DNA of 59,568 bases, the filler included. It is 7 parts of 7 records of this genome, joined end to end, with 100 filler letters (N's around TTAATTAATTAA, not from the genome) between each part and the next. Parts side by side here need not be neighbours in the genome. Positions count along the whole stretch, not along the records: positions 6,502 to 14,527 come from SRR31147125_3828; positions 14,628 to 21,887 come from SRR31147125_3832; 5 more parts are not named here. The stretch is one strand, 5' to 3'. Below the pieces are notes generated by a model, which was given only the letters and a program-made list of their open reading frames with translations, had not been told where the DNA came from and made no database searches. Each line of letters begins with the position of its first letter. Positions within the stretch are counted from its first letter, which is position 1. Below, piece by piece: positions 10,726 through 20,623 of the stretch. The position numbers were made by a program, and so were the translations under genes.

Positions 10726-11106
10726 CTAACCTCGATTAATCTGCGGCAAGGCTTCTTTGGCGGTTACGACAATTATCTCATATATACTCACTGCCAATGC
10801 AGCAATATATATCATCATAAGCGTTATTAAAATCATAACACCATAAGAATATTGAAACAAATCAAACTTTGTCCACAATTTTATAAACAAGGGCATGGAA
10901 AAAAAGCCGATAATACCTGCCAGGAAAATACTAAATGTAATTTTGCTACGATTTAATCGGCCGCCAGCAAAATGAGCAATTATAAATATTGCAAAGGCTA
11001 AGGCAAGAGCGATAATTGATAAAGTTTCATCAAATAGAGGCCATATTAAAAGACCAGTGACTTGCTCCTGAAAAACAGTTGTCGAGTCTGATAATGATTC
11101 ATTCAT
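10726..11106 (-). CDS. hypothetical membrane protein (about 3 TM helices)
   Basis: 126-aa ORF with three hydrophobic segments and an AAGGA RBS. Confidence 0.7.
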   Translation of the reverse strand: MNESLSDSTTVFQEQVTGLLIWPLFDETLSIIALALAFAIFIIAHFAGGRLNRSKITFSIFLAGIIGFFSMPLFIKLWTKFDLFQYSYGVMILITLMMIYIAALAVSIYEIIVVTAKEALPQINRG

Positions 11107-11156
11107 AATGTCATTATTCCTTTAAATGACTAGATCATTTTGTTTAAAATCAATCT

Positions 11157-12068
11157 TTAAGGAACAACAAGTTTTAATCGCTTTGGTCGGAGTGAAATCT
11201 TTATCTCCTTTTCCGGCCAATCAACAAGTTCACCTTCTACCTGAATAGTCAGCGGATATTTTGAACTAATCCTGAGTTCTTTTGCCAAAACCATCTCAGT
11301 TTCGGCTAACTTTACATGGCTCCCATTAAAAAACCGGGGAATGGCAAAAAGCCGTTTCAATGGTGTCATATCTTTCAGCAACATAACGTCCAGTGCTCCG
11401 TCCGATGGATTAGCATCAGGTGCAATTTTGAAACCTCCACCATAACTGATACCATTTGCAATGGTGAGCATGAGAAGTTTATCTTTATATATTGTCTTTC
11501 CATTCGTGACAGCCAATTCCATACCTTTGTATTTAACAGCCATAGTCACAGCCATTAACAGATACATAACAAAGCCACTGAGCAACTTGAATTTTTTCAA
11601 TGCCTGAATAACAGCTACATCAAATCCCAAACCTATTGCATTAACAAAATATCTTTCACCAACACAAGCCACATCTATTCTTTTTGTTTTGGCTTGTTTA
11701 ATAATGTGAGAAGCCGAACGAATAGATGTCGGTATTTTAAAGGCTTTAACGAAATCATTGCAGGAACCGGCAGGAATAACAGCCATCTCAGGATCACCGC
11801 CTGATAAAAGGATGCCATTGACAATCTCATTGATAGTCCCATCTCCTCCAATAGCAATAATACGATTATAGCCTTTTTGCACAGCTTCCTGTGCCAACTT
11901 TATACTGTGACCTGGAAATTCACTTTTCACGAAATCACATAATAGTCCTGTGTCGCATAAAATTTGTGATATGCGTTTAAATTGCTTACCCGTTCTCCCC
12001 TTTGCTGATTTTGGATTAAAAATAACGAGATTCTGCATGAAATTATTAGCCCACAAAAAACTGTTCAC
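11157..12068 (-). CDS. diacylglycerol kinase family lipid kinase (YegS/DagK-like; likely start 12038)
   Basis: IFNPKS, IGGDGTINEIVNG, IPAGSCND, YGGGFKIAPDA motifs. Confidence 0.92.
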   Translation of the reverse strand: MNSFLWANNFMQNLVIFNPKSAKGRTGKQFKRISQILCDTGLLCDFVKSEFPGHSIKLAQEAVQKGYNRIIAIGGDGTINEIVNGILLSGGDPEMAVIPAGSCNDFVKAFKIPTSIRSASHIIKQAKTKRIDVACVGERYFVNAIGLGFDVAVIQALKKFKLLSGFVMYLLMAVTMAVKYKGMELAVTNGKTIYKDKLLMLTIANGISYGGGFKIAPDANPSDGALDVMLLKDMTPLKRLFAIPRFFNGSHVKLAETEMVLAKELRISSKYPLTIQVEGELVDWPEKEIKISLRPKRLKLVVP

Positions 12069-12647
12069 CTTATCCTAATCAGACTATTGTAATAAAAAGC
12101 GCAAAATTTATATTATTACAACATTCTGCCAGAATAAACGCCTCAAGTCATTCTAATATTAAGAAATAAAGTGTTTGTATAATCATTAAATGAACTTACC
12201 ATATAAATGTGCCGATAATTCAATCCGGATTTGCGATATAAAACTCTAATAAACGGTAATAAATTCCTTAAAAAGATGATGATACATTCAATTCAACCGA
12301 TCACTTGTACCACAAATATGCAAAAATATCACATTAGCACGACTCCCTATAAAGGATATCTTTCTAACCATATTCCAAACAAATCTTTTAGTCATTTCGA
12401 TTTGTTGTAGCAAGAGTCTGTCTGACTTGCACATTGTTTATAGCAAACCTGTTGTAAATTAGGCAAATTCAGCTCAAATTACAAGAGATTTTTAATAAAT
12501 GGCAGGCTAATAATCTATTATATAATTAGTTAGTCCACTTTCACAAATGTCTTTGAAAACAGGAATCAGTGTAAATAAAAATATCACAAGTCCATCTAAA
12601 AGTAGCAACTACAGGTGTGGTATGCAGGAAGAGTTTCCATTAAATAA

Positions 12648-13526
12648 CTATTGTTTGTTATTCCAAAAGGTATATTGGATAAAAGTATAACCAAGATAAA
12701 CCTGAGAATTCCCTTCGTTATCGGTAATCATTGGATTTTCTTCGACTCTTACATATAATACTTTTTCTTTTGGATTCAGTCTCGCAGCACGGGTAGCATC
12801 AAACTCAAAATCTCTGGTATATATTTCTCCATCTCTGGCCGGCAAATAACCTATCTTTCCATATCTTCTGCGAAAAAAACGGTATACATCATTAAATTCA
12901 TCTTTTGTAGAAATGACAAAAACCTCAGCATCCGGGCCAAAATCCTCCATTTCAATTTGAGCAATATCTTCACGCAGCGCTCCATCATAGAAAAGACGCC
13001 CCACTTTTGCTTTCAACTCGTCGATCGAGCGGCTGGTGCTTCTCTGGTTTTTAGTTTTAATGGGATAATTTACGATAACCAGGTCAATCCGCGTCGGCCA
13101 ATAAGCCCTCGCCACCCTGGCAACTGGCACAGGGTGGATTTCAATACGGCTGGCCGGATTTCCATTAATTTCCGAAAAGATATAATAAAAACTCTGATCA
13201 ACTTTAAAAAAACGTTGGCCGGATAACTGTGTATAATAGGTAACAACCGTTCGTGAATCATCCTGGGTAATAAAACTGGCGACTCTAAAAATATGGGCTT
13301 TTGGAAACGTCTCTTTTGTTTTCTTTTTCAAATAATCAGAATACTGTTCATCAGCAATACAGCCTGGATATGTAAATTTTTCAAAGGTGGATTCCTTAAA
13401 AAACAAATGCCCGGCCATTTGAGCTTTTGAAGATCCGACAAACGAACATATCAGGGCAATGTTAATGACAGTTAAAAGAGTTAGTCGGTATAGCCAAATT
13501 TGTAACTTGTTCACAACTCGTTCCAT
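12648..13526 (-). CDS. hypothetical exported protein with two internally repeated domains
   Basis: 292-aa ORF with a signal-peptide-like N-terminus; no family recognised. Confidence 0.75.
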   Translation of the reverse strand: MERVVNKLQIWLYRLTLLTVINIALICSFVGSSKAQMAGHLFFKESTFEKFTYPGCIADEQYSDYLKKKTKETFPKAHIFRVASFITQDDSRTVVTYYTQLSGQRFFKVDQSFYYIFSEINGNPASRIEIHPVPVARVARAYWPTRIDLVIVNYPIKTKNQRSTSRSIDELKAKVGRLFYDGALREDIAQIEMEDFGPDAEVFVISTKDEFNDVYRFFRRRYGKIGYLPARDGEIYTRDFEFDATRAARLNPKEKVLYVRVEENPMITDNEGNSQVYLGYTFIQYTFWNNKQ

Positions 13527-13593
13527 AAATTTTGTAGATTTTATCTTTTTTTCAGTTGTACAAACCTAATAAATATCACTGGTACTTGTAAGT

Positions 13594-13953
13594 TTATTCC
13601 ATGTCTATATCGCATTTCCATGAAAAACAGGAGCGTTTGCCAGTGTGACACGTCGGACCTTTTGGCTTAGCTTTAACAAGGACTGTATCTGCGTCACAAT
13701 CTGTGTAAATTTCACAAACGCCTAAAAAGTTCCCGGATGTTTCCCCTTTTGTCCACAATTCCTGACGGGAACGACTCCAAAAAGTAACCATGTTTTTTTC
13801 AAAAGTCAATCCAAGACTCTCTTTATTCATGTAACCAAGCATTAAAACAGCGCCATCATCTACATCCTGAACAATAGTTGGAACCAGACCTTTATCGTCC
13901 CATTTAATCATTTTTGCAAAATTTTCCTGTGTTACTTTTTCAATTTCTGACAT
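13594..13953 (-). CDS. hisI: phosphoribosyl-AMP cyclohydrolase (monofunctional)
   Basis: [31 protein letters not shown]. Confidence 0.96.
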   Translation of the reverse strand: MSEIEKVTQENFAKMIKWDDKGLVPTIVQDVDDGAVLMLGYMNKESLGLTFEKNMVTFWSRSRQELWTKGETSGNFLGVCEIYTDCDADTVLVKAKPKGPTCHTGKRSCFSWKCDIDME

Positions 13954-14527
13954 GAATTTTTCTTTCCTTTAAATAATCTTTAACTTCTTTAATTGAATTT
14001 TCTCTATAATGAAAAATAGATGCTGCTAGTGCCGCATCGGCATGGCCATCCAGAAACACATCATGAAAATGGGCCAACTCACCACACCCCCTGAGGCAAT
14101 AACCGGAATGGAGACATTATCAGATATGGTTTTTGTCAATTCGATATCAAATCCGTTTTTAGTACCGTCCCGATCCATTGATGTCAATAATATCTCACCG
14201 GCGCCTGTTTGCTCGCATATTTTTACCCACTCTAAAACATCCAGATCCACTGGTTCGCGCCCACCATAGATATAAACCTGCCACCCCTTTTCATCGCGGC
14301 GTTTTGCATCAATGGCAACCACCACAGCCTGACTGCCAAAACGATCTGCGCATCGTTTTACGAGATCCGGCTCTAACACCGCTGCCGTGTTAACCGTAAT
14401 TTTGTCAGCCCCGCTTTTGAGTAACAATTGAGCATCATTTGCGGTTTTCACCCCACCACCAACAGTTAACGGCATAAAAACCTGTTCTGCTGTACGGCGG
14501 ACGACATCCAGGAGAATATCCCTTTTT
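13932..14527 (-). CDS. hisF: imidazole glycerol phosphate synthase cyclase subunit; 5' truncated, frameshifted near 14082
   Basis: [31 protein letters not shown]; the C-terminus [26 protein letters not shown] continues in another frame. Confidence 0.93.
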
Positions 14528-14627
14528 NNNNNNNNNNNNNNNNNNNNNNNNNNNNNNNNNNNNNNNNNNNNTTAATTAATTAANNNNNNNNNNNNNNNNN
14601 NNNNNNNNNNNNNNNNNNNNNNNNNNN
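14528..14627. other. artificial contig spacer
   Basis: Same 100-nt N/TTAATTAATTAA linker. Confidence 0.98.
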
Positions 14628-14676
14628 TTTTTCCTGATTTTGATCTTTCCAGTATCTCATCTAATGCTTTAATCAT
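14628..14676 (-). CDS. 5' fragment of a gene, possibly phosphate butyryltransferase
   Basis: MIKALDEILERSKSGK resembles Ptb N-termini and lies two genes downstream of buk; only 16 codons are visible. Confidence 0.35.
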
Positions 14677-14693
14677 TATCCCTAATCTTATTT

Positions 14694-15002
14694 TTACCAG
14701 CGACTTTTATCTTTTGGTTCAATTATAACATAAGGTGTTCCTTTTCTCGGCACAGCCATCCAACCAGCTACGGTTTCCTTCCATTTCAGGTAATGGCTGG
14801 TTTTTTTATGTTCTGCCGAAGCATCCGCAGATTCGTAGGCTTCATAAAGCATAAATTTTGTTGGATCTTCCGGCGATTGCAAAACATCAAATCTCAAATT
14901 CCCAGGCTCCTGGATGGAATAAGAATGATTTTCGATCGTCGCATCAATAAAATTTTGGATAAACGCCTCTTTAACAGAGACATGAACACATGTTACAATC
15001 AT
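14694..15002 (-). CDS. antibiotic biosynthesis monooxygenase domain protein (LsrG-like)
   Basis: SIQEPGNLRFDVLQ...FMLYEAY...HKKTSHYLKWKETV. Confidence 0.88.
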   Translation of the reverse strand: MIVTCVHVSVKEAFIQNFIDATIENHSYSIQEPGNLRFDVLQSPEDPTKFMLYEAYESADASAEHKKTSHYLKWKETVAGWMAVPRKGTPYVIIEPKDKSRW

Positions 15003-15066
15003 ACTGATAACCTCTTGTTGAAAAATATTCTCATAATAATTGAGTTTCTCACTTTATGTATCACTG

Positions 15067-16146
15067 TCAGGAATAGCTTTGGAGCTTTTCCTGCCCCTTC
15101 ATCACTCTGGATACTCCGGCAGCCATGGCTTCCATCTCCATTTCTCCCGGAAAAACCATTATTTGAGCAATAAAAGTGACTCGTTCACCAATCAGATTTA
15201 AAAATCGTTGAGAAAAAGCAAGTCCCCCGGTTATCACAATAGCCTGAACATGACCATATAGAACACTTGCCATAGCTGCAATCTCTTTACTAATCTGATA
15301 CGCCATGGCGTCCACAACATTTTTGGCTTTTTCATCGCCGTTATCGATCCTTTTTTCGACTTCCCTTAAATCATTGCTGCCAAGGTATGCAGCCATTCCT
15401 CCACTTCCCATTACCAGTCTTTTAATCTCTTGTTTGGAATACTTGCCTGAATAACACAAATCAATAAAGGGTTGGAGAGGTAATCCCCCTGTACGATCCG
15501 GAGCAAAAGGACCATCGCTTGAGGCATCATTTACATCAATGATACGTCCATTTTTAACCGGAGCTATAGATATGCCACCACCCAGATGAGCCACAACAAA
15601 TTGAGAATTATCAATCTCAAGGCCTAATTTTTCAGCAGCCCAAATAGCAGCAGCACGAATATTTAGTGAATGGGAAAGCGCACGTCTCTCAATGAGTGGA
15701 TGCCCAGAGTAATAGGCTATCGGTTCGAATTCATTAACGGAAACAGGATCGACGGTATATGCATTGCATCCGGCTTTTTGTGCTATTTCATATGCCAGGG
15801 CACATCCCAGGTTTGAAATATGCTCACCCTGTATACCAATCTTTGAATCTTTGATCAAGGCCTCATCAATCAGATAAGTACCTCTTTTTAATTGCTTTAA
15901 AAGTCCGCCTCTTCCAACGACTGCAGTCAGTTTTGTATAGGGAATACTGTTTTTTTGTAAAAATTCTTGGATGGTTTCGAGTCTGTAATCAAATTGATCC
16001 CAAATGGATAAAAAGGATGATATAATATCAGTATCGTAGGAAAGATTCTTTTCGAGAATCTTTTTGGAAGCTGAAAATAGAGCTACTTTTGTAGAGGTGG
16101 AACCGGGATTTATAACAAGAATGAGTGAATCATTGGGGGAAGTCAA
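15067..16146 (-). CDS. buk: butyrate / branched-chain carboxylate kinase
   Basis: ILVINPGSTSTKVA, VVGRGGLL, HISNLG, VAHLGGGIS, PGEMEMEA. Confidence 0.95.
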   Translation of the reverse strand: MTSPNDSLILVINPGSTSTKVALFSASKKILEKNLSYDTDIISSFLSIWDQFDYRLETIQEFLQKNSIPYTKLTAVVGRGGLLKQLKRGTYLIDEALIKDSKIGIQGEHISNLGCALAYEIAQKAGCNAYTVDPVSVNEFEPIAYYSGHPLIERRALSHSLNIRAAAIWAAEKLGLEIDNSQFVVAHLGGGISIAPVKNGRIIDVNDASSDGPFAPDRTGGLPLQPFIDLCYSGKYSKQEIKRLVMGSGGMAAYLGSNDLREVEKRIDNGDEKAKNVVDAMAYQISKEIAAMASVLYGHVQAIVITGGLAFSQRFLNLIGERVTFIAQIMVFPGEMEMEAMAAGVSRVMKGQEKLQSYS

Positions 16147-16252
16147 TGAGTTTCTCCTTCTAGCTTAATGATAGCCAAATTGATTTTTTTGTATAAAACT
16201 CATCACAACTTCAATTTTAAGAATTTATAAAAATTCACTCTTTGAAACAAGT

Positions 16253-16282
16253 AAAAAGGGAGGAAATTAATCCTCCCTTTTT
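16253..16282 (-). terminator. intrinsic terminator after the hydrogenase operon
   Basis: aaaaaGGGAGGA-aattaa-TCCTCCCttttt. Confidence 0.8.
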
Positions 16283-16302
16283 CATGATGTTATTATATTT
16301 GC

Positions 16303-18042
16303 TTAAACAGCACTCTTTTTATAAATTGGTTGCGCTGAATAATGCGTGTGCAGCAATTCGTGAGCTTTATGGCTATTGGGTTCACCCAGGAACTCTTTAT
16401 AAAGCTTTGCAACTGCTGGGTTTTCATGTGATTTTCGTATTTCCATGGCTCTGTCTTCAGCATATATGGCATCGATACGTTTCTTGCGTATTTCCTCAGA
16501 AGTAGGTATTGGCTGACCGCCACCACCGATACAACCGCCAGGACATGCCATGATTTCAATAAAGTGATAATCTGCTTCACCTGAGACAATTTTTTCCATT
16601 AGTTGCCTGGCATTCGCCAGACCGTTTGCCACAGCGGCCTTGACTTCAAGATCGCCAACCATCACGCTTGCTTCTCGCACACCTTCCATACCGCGAACAG
16701 CGTTGATTTCAATATCATCAAGTGGTTTTTCTGTAACGACTTCATAAACAGTTCTAAGAGCCGCTTCCATAACGCCACCTGTATTGCCAAAAATGGCTGC
16801 GGCACCTGTGGATATACCAAGAGGATTATCGTATTCTTCATCCGGTAATTCCGGGAAGTTTACACCAAGCTGTTTCATCATAACAGCTGCTTCACGTGTT
16901 GTCAATACAGCATCAACATCTGCAAAGCCACTTGATGTCATTTCCGGTCGTTGGGCTTCGTATTTTTTGGCTGTACATGGCATGATGGAAACACTATAAA
17001 CATCTTCCGGATTGATTCCATTTTTCTCGGCATAATATGTTTTCGCAAGAGCACCAAACATTTGTTGTGGCGATTTACATGAAGAGACATGTGGCAATAA
17101 TTCCGGATAATAATGTTCTATAAAATTGATCCATCCAGGACTACAGGATGTTAATAATGGTAGTTTTCCGCCATTTTTAACACGCCCTAAAAGTTCATGT
17201 CCCTCTTCTAGAATGGTTAAATCAGCGGTAAAATCAGTGTCAAAAACTTTATCAAAACCAAGTCTTCGTAAGCCACTGACCAGCTTTTTGGTCACTCTTG
17301 AACCAGCTGGCATACCAAACTCTTCACCGATGGATGCGCGAACTGCCGGCGCTGTTTGTACAATAACATGTTTTTTAGGATCGTCCAAAGCAGCCCAGAC
17401 ACGGTCGGTATGACTGGTTTCATACAAGGCACCTACCGGACATCTGTCAATACATTGACCACAAGACACACAGGCAACATCGGATATACCTTCACCAAAG
17501 GGTGTATCTACCCATACATCATATCCTCTTCCTTCCAGACCAATGGCACTTACGCTTTGAACAAGTTCACAAGTTTGCACGCAGCGTCTACAAAGGATAC
17601 ATTTCGAGGGATCACGTGTAATAGCCGCACTGGATGTATCTAACTGACCTTTTCTCTCTCTGTATTCAAAACTAATTTCTCTGATACCCAATTGATCTGC
17701 CACGGTCTGCAATTCACAGGAACCATTTCGAACACATTCAGTACATTTCATTGGGTGACGTGAGAGCAATAATTCGAGTGCCATTTTACGGGCATCTCTT
17801 ACTTTTTTCGATCTTGTTGAAATATTCATACCGTCCTGACATTTCCAGGAACAGGCTGTTCTAAGTAAACGATCTCCTTCGATCTCGACCACACATAAAC
17901 GGCAGGCAGAAACCGGAGGAAGATCCGGATGGTAGCACAAGCGCGGGATATTAAGATTGAGCATGTCCGCAGCCTGCAAGACCGATGTTCCTTCTGGAAC
18001 TGTTACTTGCTTATTATCTATCGTGACTGTGATATTTTCCAA
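16303..18042 (-). CDS. hydA: [FeFe]-hydrogenase catalytic subunit, group A3 (HydA/HndD-like)
   Basis: H-cluster motifs TSCSPGW, MPCTAKKYE, EIMACPGGCIGGGGQP; N-terminal [2Fe-2S], His-ligated [4Fe-4S] and 2[4Fe-4S] motifs. Confidence 0.96.
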   Translation of the reverse strand: MENITVTIDNKQVTVPEGTSVLQAADMLNLNIPRLCYHPDLPPVSACRLCVVEIEGDRLLRTACSWKCQDGMNISTRSKKVRDARKMALELLLSRHPMKCTECVRNGSCELQTVADQLGIREISFEYRERKGQLDTSSAAITRDPSKCILCRRCVQTCELVQSVSAIGLEGRGYDVWVDTPFGEGISDVACVSCGQCIDRCPVGALYETSHTDRVWAALDDPKKHVIVQTAPAVRASIGEEFGMPAGSRVTKKLVSGLRRLGFDKVFDTDFTADLTILEEGHELLGRVKNGGKLPLLTSCSPGWINFIEHYYPELLPHVSSCKSPQQMFGALAKTYYAEKNGINPEDVYSVSIMPCTAKKYEAQRPEMTSSGFADVDAVLTTREAAVMMKQLGVNFPELPDEEYDNPLGISTGAAAIFGNTGGVMEAALRTVYEVVTEKPLDDIEINAVRGMEGVREASVMVGDLEVKAAVANGLANARQLMEKIVSGEADYHFIEIMACPGGCIGGGGQPIPTSEEIRKKRIDAIYAEDRAMEIRKSHENPAVAKLYKEFLGEPNSHKAHELLHTHYSAQPIYKKSAV

Positions 18043-18114
18043 TTTATATTCCTCCTGAAAATTTTAACTATCTCACTCTAGGCTTATTTTAACACATCCA
18101 GTTTAATTGTTAAA

Positions 18115-19734
18115 TTAAGCAGTGACAGCTTCTTTACTGGCAAACGGACATCCTTCATTTTCTATATGTTTTACAAATTCGTCCTTAAAGTACTTCAAGC
18201 ATCCGAGAATCGGAACGGGTGCGGCTTGTCCCAATCCACAAAAAGCACCACTCATCATAGTATTTGCGAGAGACTCGATAAGGTCGAGATCTTTGGTTGA
18301 TCCTTTTCCTTCGTCAATTTTCTCAACTAATTCCAATAACCGACCTGTACCCTCACGACATAATGTGCACTTGCCACAGGATTCATGGTTAAAGAACTCG
18401 ACAAAACTCTTTACGAGATCAACAACACATTGTGTGTTATCAACGACCAAAAGAGCGCCAGAGCCTAAGCCTGCGCCAATCTCACGTAACGTATCAGATG
18501 CAAGAGGCAGATCAAGGTGCTCACTTGTAAGAATACCACCAGTGGTACCGCCTAATTGTGCCAGTAAAAATCCCTTTCCTGCAGGAATTCCATGTCCAAT
18601 ATCATAAATAATTTCACGAAGCGTGATGCCCATTGGAACTTCGATTAAACCAGGATTGTTGATATTGCCAACCATAGTAAAAACCTTTGTCCCAGGACAG
18701 GTTGGTGATCCTAAATTTTTATACCAATCAGCGCCATTTAATAATATTTGAGGTACATTTGCCAGGGTTTCCACATTATTTACGATTGTAGGTTTTCCCC
18801 ATAGTCCCTCTGAAGGCGGAAACGGTGGTTTATCTCGAGGTTCGCCTCGTTTTCCCTCAATGGATTCAATCAGAGCGGTCTCCTCACCACATATGTAAGC
18901 GCCCGCGCCTTCTCTAATTTCTAAATCAAAATTAAATCCTGATTCAAAAATATTATTTCCAAGTAAACCAAGCTTACGGGCCTGTTCAATAGCACGTTGC
19001 ATTCTATTTATGGAGATATGGTATTCTCCACGAATATAAACAAAACCCTTATTGGCACCTACGGCATACCCGGCCAGGCTCATACCTTCAATAACAGCAT
19101 GAGGATCGCCTTCAAGAATGAGTCGATCTTTAAATGTGCCAGGTTCTCCCTCATCCGCGTTACATATGATATATTTTTCATCAGCTTTTTCTTTCGCTGC
19201 AAAACTCCATTTTAATCCGGTTGGGAAAAATGCGCCACCTCTACCCTGAATTTTGGAATCCATAACCTCATTCAGGACTTTATCGGGTTTCATTTCAGTT
19301 AATGCTTTACCAAGTGCTTCATAACCATTATTTGCAATATATTCTTCAATACTTTCCGGATCTATAACACCGGCATTTTTTAATACAACCCTTACTTGTT
19401 TCCCAAAACGAGGAGCTTCTTTTTCAATAGCTTTTTCTTTAATCTCATCAAACTCTGTGTATTGTAACCGTTGAACGATTCGGCCTTTGACTATATGTTC
19501 GGAAATAATCTCGGTTACATCATTAACTGAAACGTTCGCATAATGAACGCCATCCGGATAGACAACAAGCACGACACCTTTGTTGTATATACCCAAACTA
19601 CCGGTTTCAACGACCTTGACTTCATCCGACAATCCTGCCAATGATAGATTGTGAACAAAAGCATCTTTGACGGCTCGTGCGCCCTGCGCCAGAGTGTGTG
19701 GATCTATTGCGATTAATATATGTGCTCTATGCAT
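18115..19734 (-). CDS. hydB: NuoF-like FMN/NAD(P)H-binding hydrogenase subunit (HydB/HndC-like)
   Basis: GRGGAFFPTGLKW, CNADEGEPGTFKDR, GAYICGEETAL, ESCGKCTLCREG...FCGLG. Confidence 0.93.
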   Translation of the reverse strand: MHRAHILIAIDPHTLAQGARAVKDAFVHNLSLAGLSDEVKVVETGSLGIYNKGVVLVVYPDGVHYANVSVNDVTEIISEHIVKGRIVQRLQYTEFDEIKEKAIEKEAPRFGKQVRVVLKNAGVIDPESIEEYIANNGYEALGKALTEMKPDKVLNEVMDSKIQGRGGAFFPTGLKWSFAAKEKADEKYIICNADEGEPGTFKDRLILEGDPHAVIEGMSLAGYAVGANKGFVYIRGEYHISINRMQRAIEQARKLGLLGNNIFESGFNFDLEIREGAGAYICGEETALIESIEGKRGEPRDKPPFPPSEGLWGKPTIVNNVETLANVPQILLNGADWYKNLGSPTCPGTKVFTMVGNINNPGLIEVPMGITLREIIYDIGHGIPAGKGFLLAQLGGTTGGILTSEHLDLPLASDTLREIGAGLGSGALLVVDNTQCVVDLVKSFVEFFNHESCGKCTLCREGTGRLLELVEKIDEGKGSTKDLDLIESLANTMMSGAFCGLGQAAPVPILGCLKYFKDEFVKHIENEGCPFASKEAVTA

Positions 19735-20203
19735 TGGACTTTCCTTTCATTTTATAATCTTTCAGAATTGCCACTGCTTTTTCAGGTGTCAAATTACCAT
19801 AAACTTCATTATCCACCATCATTACAGGTGCTACAGCACAGAGACCTAAACAGCTGGTGAATTCCAGAGTAAATTCATTATCAACTGTGGTTTCTCCAAC
19901 TTCTACCTGCAAATATTTTTTAATATTTTCGAGCACATCTTTAGATCCATTAACATGGCAAGGTGCATTATTACAGCAGCGAATGATATGTTTTCCCTTT
20001 GCTTCGGTGGTAAAGAGACTGTAAAATGTAGCAACGCCATATATTTCGCTTAAAGGAATATCCGTTGATTGTGCTACTTTTGTCAATACAGGTTTTGATA
20101 AATAACCAAATTCTTTTTGAACATCCTTTAGAATATAAATCAAGGGCGATTTAACATCCTGATAGGATTCCACAATTTTATCGATTTTGCCCAGATCTGG
20201 CAT
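19727..20203 (-). CDS. hydC: NuoE-like [2Fe-2S] hydrogenase subunit (HydC/HndA-like)
   Basis: IYGVATFYSLF, CNNAPC, CLGLCAVAPVM; overlaps the hydB start by 8 nt. Confidence 0.93.
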   Translation of the reverse strand: MPDLGKIDKIVESYQDVKSPLIYILKDVQKEFGYLSKPVLTKVAQSTDIPLSEIYGVATFYSLFTTEAKGKHIIRCCNNAPCHVNGSKDVLENIKKYLQVEVGETTVDNEFTLEFTSCLGLCAVAPVMMVDNEVYGNLTPEKAVAILKDYKMKGKSNA

Positions 20204-20260
20204 TTGTTTTCTCCTTTATAAATTTCTTTTGCCTAACGATATACGATAACTGCATTAAAA

Positions 20261-20623
20261 TTATTTTGTCATAAAAACATGATCTGAAATAATTTTATCT
20301 TCAAGCAAATGCTCAATAACGATTTTTCTTGCAACATCAGGAGTGACTTTACCATAGGTGATGACAGATTTATCTCCCTCAAACACCTGTACCAATGGTT
20401 CCTGATCACAACATCCCAGACATCCTGTTTGGGTCACAATTGTGTTTTTTACTTCTCTTTTGCTCATCTCGTCAAGTATCGCGCTCATAACTGTCCGAGC
20501 TCCTGCAGCAATACCGCATGTGCCCATTGCAACAACAACACGATACTTGGCGTTTTTTTCTCTCGTGGCCATCTCTTCTTTGGCTTTTTCCTTGATGGCT
20601 CGGAGATCCGCTAGTGTCTTCAC
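20261..20623 (-). CDS. thioredoxin-like [2Fe-2S] ferredoxin subunit (HydD/HndB-like)
   Basis: VVVAMGTCGIAAGAR, QTGCLGCCDQEP; GTG 20623 follows GGAGGA at 20636-20631. Confidence 0.9.
   Translation of the reverse strand: MKTLADLRAIKEKAKEEMATREKNAKYRVVVAMGTCGIAAGARTVMSAILDEMSKREVKNTIVTQTGCLGCCDQEPLVQVFEGDKSVITYGKVTPDVARKIVIEHLLEDKIISDHVFMTK

Noticed and set aside
12069-12647. 580-nt gap as ncRNA, small ORF or sigma28 promoter (GCCGATAA at 12211)
   Set aside because: No recognisable riboswitch or tRNA structure, no properly spaced TAAA, and no plus-strand gene downstream; an Rfam search would be needed to exclude an RNA.
14026-14090. hisF with a novel Met/Trp-rich C-terminus
   Set aside because: The normal C-terminus is present in the adjacent frame; one missing G explains it.
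17130-17155. TSCSPGW instead of TSCCP in the H-cluster motif as a sign of an inactive or sensory enzyme
   Set aside because: It is a common variant in multimeric group A hydrogenases, and the other two motifs are canonical.
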